64,000 bases of DNA from Marinoscillum sp. (GCA_040218045.1 JAVJQA010000035.1:17946-81945), one strand, 5' to 3'; shown: positions 19,250-29,365, counted from the first letter of the stretch. Made by a program: numbers and translations. The notes: generated by a model from the letters alone, not told the origin.

Positions 19250-19430
19250 ATTGTGGTTGTTGGCGTGTACCGCGCGCCAGCATTAAAAGGGAATCCAGTG
19301 AAACTCTGGAGCTGTCCCCGCAACTGTAATTCCAATAGAAGATTTGTCAAATCTTGCCACTGGGAAGACTTAAGTGTCTACCTGGGAAGGCGTCAAATCA
19401 TGGAAAGTCAGGAGACCTGCCAGGATCATT
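19250..19430 (+). promoter_or_regulatory. cobalamin (B12) riboswitch
   Basis: Conserved aptamer core AAAAGGGAAUCCAGUGAAACUCUGGAGCUGUCCCCGCAACUGUAA (19285-19329), GCCACUGGGAAG (19356-19367) and B12 box AGUCAGGAGACCUGCC (19406-19421). It lies 117 nt upstream of the receptor ATG. Outer boundaries are approximate. Confidence 0.9.
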
Positions 19431-19537
19431 AATTATTCCAAGCTTCGGGTAGAAAGCAAAGGAGATTGATAGCCTAATTGGTTTACCAGACTCTTGTACT
19501 TTTTCCGATGGCTTTGAATTGACTTAAAAGTTTATTC

Positions 19538-21388
19538 ATGGTCACCAGGTTATTTCTATACGCATTATTCTTATCGTGTGTTTATGTGACACATGCTCAG
19601 GAGGACTCTGTCCTATTGAATGCTGTAGAGATAACCGCAGCATATAATTCAGGACAATATCAGAGCCATCTGGACTCTTCAGCTCTGCAACTGAATGTTG
19701 GTGGTAGTTTAGGTGACGCATTACAGGCTTCTACCAGCTTGTATTTGAGGCAGTATGGAGCTGAAGGACAACTCACCTCTGTAAGTTTCCGTGGCACCAC
19801 ACCAAGCCACACTCAGGTTTCCTGGAAGGGGATTGACATCAATAGCCAAACACTCGGTCAAAGTGACTTTTCGAGTGTTCCGGCATTTCTTTTTGAAAAC
19901 ATAACACTCCACCACGGAGCTTCAAGTACCATTTTTGGAAGCGGTGCCATTGGGGGTGTAGTGGACCTTCAGTCGTTTTCAAGAAGCGATGCACTAAATA
20001 TAGAAATAGCGCAGTATGTTGGAAGCTTTGGGAAATTTTTTACTGGAGCCAAGGGTCAATATGGAAATGGGAAATGGGGAGCAAAAGTGGCCGCTATCCG
20101 TAGCGCAATTGACAATGATTTTGAGGTAAAATTTAGAGGTGATTCTTACAAACAAAACAATGCGTCCAGCCTATTGCAAGCAATGATTGCCGAGGGATAC
20201 TGGTTTGTTGAAAACAGCAAGTTTTCATTGTCCATGTGGTGGAATGAACATGACCGTCAAACACAGCCGATAATAGGGGACATTAACAGCACAAACTACC
20301 TGCTGGATAAAAATCTCAGATCAAGTATTGTATTTGAGCATAGTTTTGATGCTGGTTTTCTAAAGCTATCGGCAGCATATGTGGATGATAAACAAACATA
20401 TAATGCTTCCTCTCAAACCAATCTAAGAAGATATCTATCCTCAGCTGAATATGAGTTCTTGGCGTTTGATAAACTAACACTTCGAACTGGAGCCAACTTT
20501 ACTTTGGCAGAACCAGAGGTCTCGAGTTATGTGCCAGATGCCAGCCAAGCGAGGGTAGATTGGTTTGCACTGAGTGATTGGACAATAACCGAGAGGTTGG
20601 CTACATCTCTAAACTTACGGTTGCCATACATGCAAGGTCAGGAGGAGTTGCCCATTGTGCCATCACTAGGCTTAGAATATGCCATGATCCATGACGATCA
20701 GGGAAAGCTAGATGGTACCATTAGAATGGCGCGAAGTTTTAGATTTCCCACTCTCAATGATCTATTTTGGAATCCTGGTGGGAATATGGATTTAAAACCG
20801 GAAGATGGCTGGACTTTGGAGGTAGGAGGCAATTGGACATCAGAGTTCTCGGGATTGATTTTCTCTGGGCAGCTTTCCGGGTACCGTTCCCGTATTTCAG
20901 AGATGATAATATGGGAAGATAAGGGTAGCTTTTGGTCACCGCAAAATGTGCATTCGGTTAACGTCTTGGGTACTGAGACTAATTTTAGTTTTTCTCAAAA
21001 CCTTTCTAACCTGACATGGAAAGCCGGAGCCTCATATGCTTTTAATCGGTCGGAAGACGCATCTGAGGGCAATCAGTTGGCTTATGCCCCATTCCATAAG
21101 GGTTCTGCGATGGTTCACTTTTCTTTTGGTGAATGGTCCTGTACTTACCTGCACTCTCTTACAGGTAAGCGCTATACAGAAGCCTCCAATACCAATGAAC
21201 TTGATGCTTACTCTCTTGCCCAAATAGAGCTGGGCTACCAAATTAACCTTCAGCAGCATGCTGTAAGAATAGCCTTACAAGTAAATAATTTGTGGGATGT
21301 AGCTTATCAAAACTACGAGCTGCGGGCTACCCCAGGAAGAAACTTTTTGTTTAAACTGAGTTATCAATTAAATCAATCTATAGAATGA
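19538..21388 (+). CDS. btuB: TonB-dependent outer-membrane receptor, vitamin B12 transporter BtuB-like
   Basis: 616 aa. Signal peptide ending THAQ, a plug domain (SLYLRQYGAEGQLTSVSFRGT) and a beta-barrel. Sits directly behind a cobalamin riboswitch. Confidence 0.8.
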   Translation: MVTRLFLYALFLSCVYVTHAQEDSVLLNAVEITAAYNSGQYQSHLDSSALQLNVGGSLGDALQASTSLYLRQYGAEGQLTSVSFRGTTPSHTQVSWKGIDINSQTLGQSDFSSVPAFLFENITLHHGASSTIFGSGAIGGVVDLQSFSRSDALNIEIAQYVGSFGKFFTGAKGQYGNGKWGAKVAAIRSAIDNDFEVKFRGDSYKQNNASSLLQAMIAEGYWFVENSKFSLSMWWNEHDRQTQPIIGDINSTNYLLDKNLRSSIVFEHSFDAGFLKLSAAYVDDKQTYNASSQTNLRRYLSSAEYEFLAFDKLTLRTGANFTLAEPEVSSYVPDASQARVDWFALSDWTITERLATSLNLRLPYMQGQEELPIVPSLGLEYAMIHDDQGKLDGTIRMARSFRFPTLNDLFWNPGGNMDLKPEDGWTLEVGGNWTSEFSGLIFSGQLSGYRSRISEMIIWEDKGSFWSPQNVHSVNVLGTETNFSFSQNLSNLTWKAGASYAFNRSEDASEGNQLAYAPFHKGSAMVHFSFGEWSCTYLHSLTGKRYTEASNTNELDAYSLAQIELGYQINLQQHAVRIALQVNNLWDVAYQNYELRATPGRNFLFKLSYQLNQSIE

Positions 21389-22770
21389 AAAATCTCTTTG
21401 TTGTTAAGTTTTTGCTTGCATTTAGCATCCTGATTGCAGTTTCAAGCTGTACCGATGATCCAAAGGAGGTGGTCCTTGATGGTATAAGCATTGATGGTCA
21501 GCCCACTACAATCAAGCTGGAGGCTGTAGTAGTAAGTGAAATTGCTTCTACCTCAGCTAAACTTCAATCTGGTGTAGTGGCCCTGGATGCTGATTATGCA
21601 ATAATTGATGTAGGATTTGTGTACTCGTCAAGCAATTCTTTACCATCTGAATCTGACAATAAGGCTGCACAAGGATCAATAGAGGGAGTTTCTGGTTTGG
21701 ATGTGAACCTTACAAGCCTTGATCCCACTACAATCTATTATGCACGGGCTTATGTGGAAACCGACAAAGGTTTTGGATTTGGAAATGTAGTGGCCTTCAC
21801 CACGGCAGAAGCCGCAGCGGATGTCATTGTCATCAATGAAGGAAACTTTGCCAGTGGAGATGGCTCATTATCTACTTTCAACACTATAACAGATGAAACT
21901 AAGCTGAGTGTATTTGCTTCCGCAAATGGATTCCCAATTGCTGCTACAATACAAAATGCACTGGTCTATGATGATAAAATATTTGCAATAACCAATGTGG
22001 CAGATAAGTTAGAAGTTATCGATTTGGAGACATTTAAGTTTGAGGCTTATATCAATACAGGTTTGTCCAACCCTTTCTCATTTGCAGCTATAGGAGATAA
22101 AGCATATGTGACAAACTGGGGAACCCTTAACTACGATACTTATGCGTGGGAGGGTTCCTTTATTGCCGTTGTAGATTTGGAATCCTATGTCATTACTGAT
22201 TCTATCATGCTAAATGTACAACCACAGCACGTTATCGCTGTGGATGACTACTTTTATGTGGCGAATGTAGGTAGTAATAGTATTTCCGTATATAATTCCG
22301 AAAATGACCAGGAAGTCGCCTCTATTGAGGTTTCGGCTAGTCCGGACCGTATGGTTGTGGATGCCAATAATAATCTCTGGGTATTTTGCAACAGTGGTAA
22401 CCTGGTGAGAGTTGACACTGAAACAAACAGCGTCGAAACTACCATTTCCGGGGTGCAGGGTGCTGGCTATAATGAGAAAATGGTGATCAATAGTGAGGGT
22501 AACAAGCTTTACTATTTGTCTTCCAGTGGATGGCCTGATTACAACACGGCCATTTACGAGTTGAGTATCACAGCCACAAGCGCTCCTACCACTCCTGTGG
22601 TTTCCGGGTTGAATTATTATGGTTTGGGGATTTCACTGGATAATGAGCTGTATGTTACAGATGCCAAAGCTTTTCAGGGTAATGGTACGGTATATCGCTA
22701 TAATCTCGATGGTACGGAGATCAATAGCTTCCCAGCCGGAAGAGGGCCAAATGGTTTCATTTTTCGTTAA
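21385..22770 (+). CDS. surface lipoprotein with an Ig/FN3-like N-domain and a beta-propeller (YncE/BtuG-like candidate)
   Basis: 461 aa. Lipobox AVSSCTDD, start overlaps the btuB stop (ATGA). Repeated propeller-like units follow VINEGNFASGDGSLS. Confidence 0.55.
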   Translation: MKNLFVVKFLLAFSILIAVSSCTDDPKEVVLDGISIDGQPTTIKLEAVVVSEIASTSAKLQSGVVALDADYAIIDVGFVYSSSNSLPSESDNKAAQGSIEGVSGLDVNLTSLDPTTIYYARAYVETDKGFGFGNVVAFTTAEAAADVIVINEGNFASGDGSLSTFNTITDETKLSVFASANGFPIAATIQNALVYDDKIFAITNVADKLEVIDLETFKFEAYINTGLSNPFSFAAIGDKAYVTNWGTLNYDTYAWEGSFIAVVDLESYVITDSIMLNVQPQHVIAVDDYFYVANVGSNSISVYNSENDQEVASIEVSASPDRMVVDANNNLWVFCNSGNLVRVDTETNSVETTISGVQGAGYNEKMVINSEGNKLYYLSSSGWPDYNTAIYELSITATSAPTTPVVSGLNYYGLGISLDNELYVTDAKAFQGNGTVYRYNLDGTEINSFPAGRGPNGFIFR

Positions 22771-23746
22771 AGAGTGTTTTTACAGCATGGCGAACAGAAA
22801 GTTCGCCAGCTGACACCTTTTCTTCAATCAACCGTATTTGGGTCCTTTTTTGCTCATCGGTATAAAATGAAGATTCAAGTTTTTCCTTGATCAGTTCCTT
22901 CAGCCACGTTACGTTCTGAAGTTTTCGCTGGTTGTTAAAAAATCCTGAGTGTTGGGTTTTGTCTTTAAAATCCTGAATAATACCCCAAACCTCTTCAATT
23001 CCGGATTTCTCCAATGCTGAGCAAAGGGTAACTGGTACTGTCCAATTAGATTCATGAGGAGGAAATAAGTGAAGGGCATTCTCAAACGCTTTTTTAGCCA
23101 TTTTGGCAGACTTTAGATTATCTCCATCAGCTTTGTTGATCACGATGAGATCGGCCATTTCCATAATTCCTCGCTTGATCCCCTGCAATTCGTCTCCACC
23201 ACCTGATAGCATAAGGAGCAAAAAGAAGTCCACCATATTTTTGACCGCTATTTCGGATTGCCCCACGCCAACAGTTTCCACCAGGATCACATCATACCCT
23301 GCAGCTTCACATAGCAAAATATTTTCCCGGGTTCTTGCAGCTACACCTCCCAGTGAGGTGCCGGAAGGAGACGGCCTGATAAAGGCATCAGGATCCATAG
23401 ATAGTTCATTCATTCTGGTCTTGTCTCCCAGAATACTTCCTTTAGACCTGGAGCTGCTTGGATCAACGGACAATACGGCTACCTTCTTGCCAAGAGAAGT
23501 GAGCGATTTGCCAAATGCTTCAATAAATGTGCTTTTACCTACTCCGGGTACACCAGTGATGCCTATTCTTATGCTATTACCAGACTTGTGAAGTATTTTA
23601 TCCAAAAGTACCGTCGCCAAATCCTGATCAGAGGGAAGCTTACTTTCAACAATCGTAATCGCCCGGCTGAGTAAAACCCTATCAGATTGATCGATCCCTT
23701 TGGATAATTCATCTAAAGAAGGTCTGGTATTTGATCGATCCTTCAT
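22757..23746 (-). CDS. meaB: methylmalonyl-CoA mutase-associated G-protein chaperone MeaB
   Basis: 329 aa. GVPGVGKST, ETVGVGQSE and INKADGD GTPase motifs. Confidence 0.9.
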   Translation of the reverse strand: MKDRSNTRPSLDELSKGIDQSDRVLLSRAITIVESKLPSDQDLATVLLDKILHKSGNSIRIGITGVPGVGKSTFIEAFGKSLTSLGKKVAVLSVDPSSSRSKGSILGDKTRMNELSMDPDAFIRPSPSGTSLGGVAARTRENILLCEAAGYDVILVETVGVGQSEIAVKNMVDFFLLLMLSGGGDELQGIKRGIMEMADLIVINKADGDNLKSAKMAKKAFENALHLFPPHESNWTVPVTLCSALEKSGIEEVWGIIQDFKDKTQHSGFFNNQRKLQNVTWLKELIKEKLESSFYTDEQKRTQIRLIEEKVSAGELSVRHAVKTLFNEK

Positions 23747-23889
23747 ATTTTAACTAATATTCGATTGAAAAATTGATTAATTTCAATAAAAAATTATATT
23801 TTACTTATATTGCATTTGATCTGTGGCTGAATGCTGGTTAATTGCGGGTAAAGTAAAATCTTTTTTTATCACCCGCTAACACTAAAGTC

Positions 23890-25137
23890 ATGTTTAGAAA
23901 ATTCTGGCTAGATGTCATATTAGGTACCGCATTTATTTTCGGCCTGATGGGGCTCTTCAACAGTTTCACAGCATTTAAGATCTTTGACGTATTTGACCCT
24001 ATAGGCGAAGCTTTCGGCGACATGGAAATGACCGACATTGTGTTTTCACAATTGAGGGATGATCCTGTGGCCGAGGAGCGAGTTGTGCTCGTAAACTTGA
24101 GCAATCTCCAGCGAGGAGAGATTGGTATGATGCTTCAGATTATTAGTAAGTACAATCCTGCTTGTATAGGAATTGACTCATTTTTCTATGATCCCAAAGA
24201 GGATACGCTCGGAGACATGATGTTGATGGAGGGCATGGCAAGTGTAAATAACTTAATACTTGCTGAAAAACTGGTTCCGCATCCAACAGATATAAGCCGG
24301 GATACAATTCTTTATTCATGGGAAGGATTCAATCAATTTGCCGCTTCCAATGCATTTGTAAACTTAGTTACGGATGCCAAGGTGCAGGAGGAATTGAAAA
24401 TGTGCCGTGAGTTTTACCCTACTTTCGACGTAGGAGGAGATCAGAGGTTGGCTTTCGGTGTGCAAATGGCGGCAACATATGACTCAGCTGCTGCAGCTGA
24501 ATTCATTGCAAGAAACAACGAGATTGAGGTAATCAATTATCGCGGTAATGTCCTGGACTATGGAGCTACAAAATTTGGTAACAAATATTATGCTCTTGAC
24601 GTTCCCGATGTATTCAACGAGAATTTTACTCCAGATCTAATCGAAGGCAAGGTGGTTATGTTTTGCTACCTTGGTAAGTATTTGGGAGATAGAGAATCAT
24701 TAGAGGATAAGTTTTACACGCCTCTTAACGAAAAGTACATAGGTCGGGCATTTCCGGACATGTATGGTGGCGTGGTTCATGCAAATATCATCACTATGAT
24801 TCTAAATCGCGATTATATCAATGTGATGAATGAGAATGTGGGATATATTTTTGCAATTATCCTGTGTTTCTTAAATGTGGCACTGTTTTCGCTGATTTAT
24901 AAAAAGATACCGAAGTGGTACGATGGTATTACTAAGTTGTTTCAGTTGGTTGAAATAGCTGTTTTGGTATATGGGGTTATTTATGTTTTAGAGCTTTATA
25001 GTTTCAAGGCAGACATTGCACTTGCCACTTTTGCGGTAGCAATTGCTGGGGATTCTTTGGAGGTATACTATGGAGTAGTTAAAAATTCATTTACTAAAGA
25101 AGGACGAAAGTCCTTGTTTAAAGTTGATAAACTGTAA
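23890..25137 (+). CDS. CHASE2 domain membrane protein without a cytoplasmic output domain
   Basis: 415 aa. N-terminal TM helix, then a periplasmic region with CHASE2-like VVLVNLS...ACIGIDSFFYDP and YTPL...GGVVHANII. Three C-terminal TM helices and then the end of the protein. Confidence 0.7.
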   Translation: MFRKFWLDVILGTAFIFGLMGLFNSFTAFKIFDVFDPIGEAFGDMEMTDIVFSQLRDDPVAEERVVLVNLSNLQRGEIGMMLQIISKYNPACIGIDSFFYDPKEDTLGDMMLMEGMASVNNLILAEKLVPHPTDISRDTILYSWEGFNQFAASNAFVNLVTDAKVQEELKMCREFYPTFDVGGDQRLAFGVQMAATYDSAAAAEFIARNNEIEVINYRGNVLDYGATKFGNKYYALDVPDVFNENFTPDLIEGKVVMFCYLGKYLGDRESLEDKFYTPLNEKYIGRAFPDMYGGVVHANIITMILNRDYINVMNENVGYIFAIILCFLNVALFSLIYKKIPKWYDGITKLFQLVEIAVLVYGVIYVLELYSFKADIALATFAVAIAGDSLEVYYGVVKNSFTKEGRKSLFKVDKL

Positions 25138-25165
25138 CTTTACAACACATTTATACAAACGCTAA

Positions 25166-26098
25166 ATGATTATGAGAAAGTTTATTTCTTATGCTTTTGT
25201 TGCTGGTATGGTACTCACAGCTAGTATCGCTTCGGCGCAGGATTACGCTTTTAGAGTACTCGCAAACAAAGGTGAAAACCAATTGAAAAAAGCTGGTAGC
25301 GCTCAGGCTGAAACACTGAAGACTGGCGCGAAGCTTAATTCGGGAGATGAAATCATTGCATCGGAAGGTGCATATATTGGTCTGATGCACAAAACTGGCA
25401 AAACCACTGAAATCAGAGGTGCCGGTACTAAAAAAATATCAGACATAGAGAAGAACATTAGCACTGCTAGCACGAGTATTGCCAGTAGATATGCGACGTT
25501 CGTAATGAACAAAATGAACGAGGATGAGAATACTGACTACAGAGCAAGATTAAATGCTACTGGAGCGGTTTCAAGAGCTACAGGTTCAGCAGCGATCAAT
25601 GTCATGGCACCCAGTCAGGCTGATTTGCTTGGTTCCACAGCTATCCTTAGATGGGACGCTCCAGAAGACTGGAAGGCAGGTGATCTTTATGTAGTGAAAA
25701 TTGAAAATATTTTCAATGAAGAGATCTTCTCTAAAGAAACAGACAAGACTTCAGTGGAACTGGATTTTGCAGATGAGAAACTTGCTTACGACATGGGGCT
25801 CTACCTTGTGACGATTTATAAGAAGGGTGATGAGGAAATTTCATCTGGAGAAATCGGAATCAAGAAAGTAAAATCTGGTGATAAGGTAGAATTGCAAGAA
25901 AGTCTTGCTAATCTGAAGAGCGAAGTTTCTGAGGATTCACCTTTAAACAAGATCATCTATGCATCTTTCTACGAAGAAAATGGTTTGATACTTGATGCTT
26001 TGACCAAGTATGAGGAGGCGATTAAAATGTCTCCGGATATCGAAGATTTCCAGGAGCTTTATCAGAACTTCCTGATCAAGAATGGTCTGGCTGAATAA
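25166..26098 (+). CDS. secreted protein, FecR-like N-terminal segment and TPR-like C-terminus
   Basis: 310 aa with signal peptide ...ASIASAQD. TLKTGAKLNSGDEIIASEGAYIGLMHKTGKTTEI resembles a FecR beta-rich sensor segment (weak, pattern-level). C-terminal helical repeat ALTKYEEAIKMSPD. Confidence 0.4.
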   Translation: MIMRKFISYAFVAGMVLTASIASAQDYAFRVLANKGENQLKKAGSAQAETLKTGAKLNSGDEIIASEGAYIGLMHKTGKTTEIRGAGTKKISDIEKNISTASTSIASRYATFVMNKMNEDENTDYRARLNATGAVSRATGSAAINVMAPSQADLLGSTAILRWDAPEDWKAGDLYVVKIENIFNEEIFSKETDKTSVELDFADEKLAYDMGLYLVTIYKKGDEEISSGEIGIKKVKSGDKVELQESLANLKSEVSEDSPLNKIIYASFYEENGLILDALTKYEEAIKMSPDIEDFQELYQNFLIKNGLAE

Positions 26099-26121
26099 TA
26101 CATATCAGAAAGAATTTGAAA

Positions 26122-26152
26122 AAGCCTGTCACGAAAGTGTCAGGCTTTTTTT
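26122..26152. terminator. bidirectional hairpin terminator
   Basis: AAGCCTGTCAC-GAAA-GTGTCAGGCTT (one mismatch) flanked by an A-run and a T-run, between convergent genes ending at 26098 and 26170. Confidence 0.65.
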
Positions 26153-26169
26153 ATGTCTTAATGTTTAGG

Positions 26170-29100
26170 TTAATCCTCCAATAATTTAGTGAGAATATTA
26201 GTAGCAGCTTTGGCTATGACCGTCCCCGGTCCAAAAATGAAAGACACACCATTTGATTGGAGGAACTCATAATCTTTTTCGGGAATGATTCCTCCGGCTA
26301 TCACCATCATGTCTTCTCTTCCTATACCTTTCAGCTCGTTTACCAATTCAGGAACTAGCGTTTTATGACCCCCAGCCAAAGATGACGCACCTACAATATG
26401 CACATCATTTTCAGCGGCTTGTTTAGCTACTTCAGCCGGGGTTTGAAACAATGGCCCTATGTCCACATCAAATCCAAGGTCTGCAAAGGCAGTGGCGATA
26501 ACCTTTGCTCCACGGTCATGTCCATCTTGGCCCATCTTGGCCACCAGGATCCTGGGGCGTCGACCTTCCATTTCTGCAAACTGGTCAGCCAACTCGCGGG
26601 CTTTCCTAAAATCTTCGTTCTGGTTAATCTCTGATGAATACACACCTGATATGGTTTGATTTTTTGCTTGATATCTACCAAATACGTCTTCCATTGCCTG
26701 GGAAATTTCACCCAGCGTGGCACGTGCTTTGGCTGCTTCCACTGCTAAAGCTAACAAATTGCCTTCATTGGTATGTGCGGATTCAGAAATAGCATTAAGT
26801 GTATTTTTCACTCTATTTGAGTCTCTGGAGCCTTTGATTTGCTCGAGTTGCTCAATTTGCTTTCTTCTCACTTCATTATTATCCACTTCAAGTAGTTCTA
26901 TTTCTACTTTTTCGTCAGTTGTGTACCTGTTTACGCCAACTATAACCTCTCTTCCAGAATCAATTTTTGCCTGTTTTCTGGCAGCAGCTTCTTCAATCTT
27001 CAGTTTAGGATACCCCTGCTCAATTGCTTTGGCCATCCCACCCATTTCTTCAACTTCCTGAATAATAGACCAGGCCTCTGTGATCAATTCATTGGTCAAC
27101 TGCTCAACTTTATAAGACCCTGCCCATGGATCAACTACCTGGGTAATGTTGATTTGGTTTTGGAGGTACTTTTGAGTTTCCCGGGCTATGGCAGCTGAAT
27201 AGTCCGTAGGGAGAGCGATTGCTTCATCCAATGCATTGGTGTGAAGTGACTGTGTGTGGCCAAAGACAGCCGCTAATGCTTCTATGGCGGTTCGTGCTAC
27301 GTTGTTGTAGGGATCTTGAGCTGTTAGGCTATAGCCAGACGTTTGGCTGTGTGTGCGCAGTGCTAGGGATTTATCGTTAGTTGGTTCAAATTGCTTCACC
27401 AACTTTGCCCATAAAATCCGGCCAGCTCTCATTTTAGCTATCTCTCTGAAGAAATCCATTCCGATGCCCCAAAAGAAAGACAGACGTGGAGCAAATGAAT
27501 CTATTTGGATTCCAGCTGCAAGTCCTGTCCGAATGTACTCCAGTCCGTCCGCCAAGGTGAAAGCCAATTCCAGTGCTGCGGTTGCCCCGGCTTCATGCAT
27601 GTGATAGCCGCTAATGCTGATCGAGTTGAACTTTGGCATTTCCCGTGAAGTATACCTGAAAATATCTGCAATAATCCTCATGGATGGGGCAGGCGGATAG
27701 ATATAGGTATTTCTCACCATAAACTCCTTCAAAATGTCATTTTGTATAGTACCGGTAAGTTGATCTGGTTTTACTCCCTGCTCTTCCGCAGCAGCGATGT
27801 AAAACGCCATGATAGGAATCACGGCACCGTTCATAGTCATAGACACGGACATTTGATCCAAAGGAATCTGATCAAAGAGTGTCTTCATGTCTTCAATGGA
27901 ATCTATGGCAACACCTGCTTTCCCTACATCTCCTGAAACTCGTGGATGATCGCTATCATATCCACGATGCGTTGCCAAATCAAAGGCAATGGAGAGTCCT
28001 TTTTGGCCGGCTGCCAGATTTCTCCTGTAAAACGCATTGGACTCTTCTGCAGTAGAAAACCCAGCATATTGCCTGATTGTCCAGGGTCGAACAGCATACA
28101 TCGTAGCATAGGGACCCCTTAAAAATGGAGGGATTCCTGCTCCAAACCCCATATGTGGATATTGAATTTGAGAGCCTTTCTTTGATTGTTGTGTTAGTTC
28201 TTCAAATGATAGGCCTGGCGCCACTTCATTTTGAATGTTCTCCCAGACTTTCCTTGCTATTCGATCCGTCAGGTAATCAATAAAGTAAGATCCATTAGCC
28301 ACTTCCTGAATCCCATCAAGTTTGGACTCATGACGGATAAGATTGCCGATGTTTCGGGAAATCCTGTGTGCTCCATTGGCTGCCCAGTGTGAATCCCCCG
28401 GATCAAAGGAAATGCTAGCAGCACCTCCGATAATTGCAGCCAGACCACTAGTAGTTTGCATGAGCAAATGCTCACCTTCACTGACTCCTGCTACTGGTTC
28501 AGCATGAATGGCCAAAGATATTTTTAATCCTTTTTGATGGGCAATAGTTTTTGAGATAATTTTAAGTGCCCTAATACGAGCGATCTCATGGAAAAAGTCT
28601 GTCCCTATTTTGAGTGAAATTGTAATCAACTCACATGAAGCGTTATTTAATATATCTAATACCGCTTCTGATGCTTGTTGGATAAAAGAAAGGTTAGGAT
28701 TGACCTCTATGAGATGTCCAAATCCTTGAGGAGCGGGAACGATCCCCGAACCAAACCCATTCAGTTTGTCAAAAGGAATTTGAGTTTCTTTGCCCGTATT
28801 TTTAAAGGCCATATGGCAATGTTCGGGTTGTATGCCTTCCAATAACTGAGCAAGGTCACAATTGCTGAAGTCTCCAGAGAAGTAAATGCCAGTACATCCA
28901 CTCATCAATGCTGCTTTGGCATTCTGATTTGCTTCTTTTGCAGACTTGACTAAAATATGCTCGTATTGTACCCAGGGCCAAGAATTTTCATATTGATCAA
29001 GCCATTTCGGAATGTAAGCAAGATTAGTAGTATGACTTTCGTCATAATAAGCACCGAGCTTGATGTCCTCGATATGTGACCATTGCAGGTTTTTGTCAGG

Positions 29101-29193
29101 GTTTTCTCCTTTGAGAACCTTTGTGGCTGCTTGTTTCCAATCCTGATAGGTCGTTCGGGTGAATTCGTTGAAATTTGGGGTGTTGTTGTTCAT
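26170..29193 (-). CDS. methylmalonyl-CoA mutase, single-chain fusion (MutA-like N-terminal region + MutB-like catalytic barrel + B12-binding domain)
   Basis: The track ORF starts at TTG 29202; ATG 29193 (MNNNTPNF) is more likely. Core [57 protein letters not shown], then [12 protein letters not shown]12 domain [14 protein letters not shown] (DxHxxG). Confidence 0.9.
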   Translation of the reverse strand: MNNNTPNFNEFTRTTYQDWKQAATKVLKGENPDKNLQWSHIEDIKLGAYYDESHTTNLAYIPKWLDQYENSWPWVQYEHILVKSAKEANQNAKAALMSGCTGIYFSGDFSNCDLAQLLEGIQPEHCHMAFKNTGKETQIPFDKLNGFGSGIVPAPQGFGHLIEVNPNLSFIQQASEAVLDILNNASCELITISLKIGTDFFHEIARIRALKIISKTIAHQKGLKISLAIHAEPVAGVSEGEHLLMQTTSGLAAIIGGAASISFDPGDSHWAANGAHRISRNIGNLIRHESKLDGIQEVANGSYFIDYLTDRIARKVWENIQNEVAPGLSFEELTQQSKKGSQIQYPHMGFGAGIPPFLRGPYATMYAVRPWTIRQYAGFSTAEESNAFYRRNLAAGQKGLSIAFDLATHRGYDSDHPRVSGDVGKAGVAIDSIEDMKTLFDQIPLDQMSVSMTMNGAVIPIMAFYIAAAEEQGVKPDQLTGTIQNDILKEFMVRNTYIYPPAPSMRIIADIFRYTSREMPKFNSISISGYHMHEAGATAALELAFTLADGLEYIRTGLAAGIQIDSFAPRLSFFWGIGMDFFREIAKMRAGRILWAKLVKQFEPTNDKSLALRTHSQTSGYSLTAQDPYNNVARTAIEALAAVFGHTQSLHTNALDEAIALPTDYSAAIARETQKYLQNQINITQVVDPWAGSYKVEQLTNELITEAWSIIQEVEEMGGMAKAIEQGYPKLKIEEAAARKQAKIDSGREVIVGVNRYTTDEKVEIELLEVDNNEVRRKQIEQLEQIKGSRDSNRVKNTLNAISESAHTNEGNLLALAVEAAKARATLGEISQAMEDVFGRYQAKNQTISGVYSSEINQNEDFRKARELADQFAEMEGRRPRILVAKMGQDGHDRGAKVIATAFADLGFDVDIGPLFQTPAEVAKQAAENDVHIVGASSLAGGHKTLVPELVNELKGIGREDMMVIAGGIIPEKDYEFLQSNGVSFIFGPGTVIAKAATNILTKLLED

Positions 29194-29356
29194 GCCCAAC
29201 AAAGTTAGCTATCTCCTAGAATAAACGATCAGTCATGTGAATCCAAAAATTAGTTTTTGCATTTTTCAAAGAAAAAAAAACGTAAACCCTCGAATGCATT
29301 GAGATTAAAAGGATTATAAAAAGTCAAGGGTAAAATGCATTTTTTTCTTAAATAAT

Positions 29357-29365
29357 TTATCCACA
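29357..29365 (+). promoter_or_regulatory. consensus DnaA box TTATCCACA
   Basis: Perfect 9-mer, 72 nt upstream of the dnaA ATG, in an AT-rich 234-bp intergenic region. Confidence 0.6.

Noticed and set aside
19232-19432. 66-aa plus-strand ORF in the btuF/btuB divergent region.
   Set aside because: It coincides exactly with the cobalamin riboswitch aptamer, including the conserved core and B12 box. It starts with TTG and has no protein-like features. It is a translation artefact of a structured RNA.
23103-23591. Long antisense ORFs inside well-supported genes. Examples are 23103-23591 in meaB, 35737-36129 in rseP, 31522-31932 in htrA, 42195-42596 in hslU, 39377-39760 in lon, 10064-10441 in the permease/peptidase gene and 26717-27061 in mcm.
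   Set aside because: Each lies fully within, and opposite to, a gene with clear family motifs. Their translations are low-complexity or Ser/Pro/Leu-rich shadow frames with no motifs.
26170-29193. Alternative reading of the 1010-aa mutase as IcmF (isobutyryl-CoA mutase fused to its G-protein).
   Set aside because: No GTPase motifs occur inside the ORF, and MeaB is a separate gene at 22757-23746. The substrate-specificity positions read Tyr (ATMY) and Arg (MVRNTY), as in methylmalonyl-CoA mutase.
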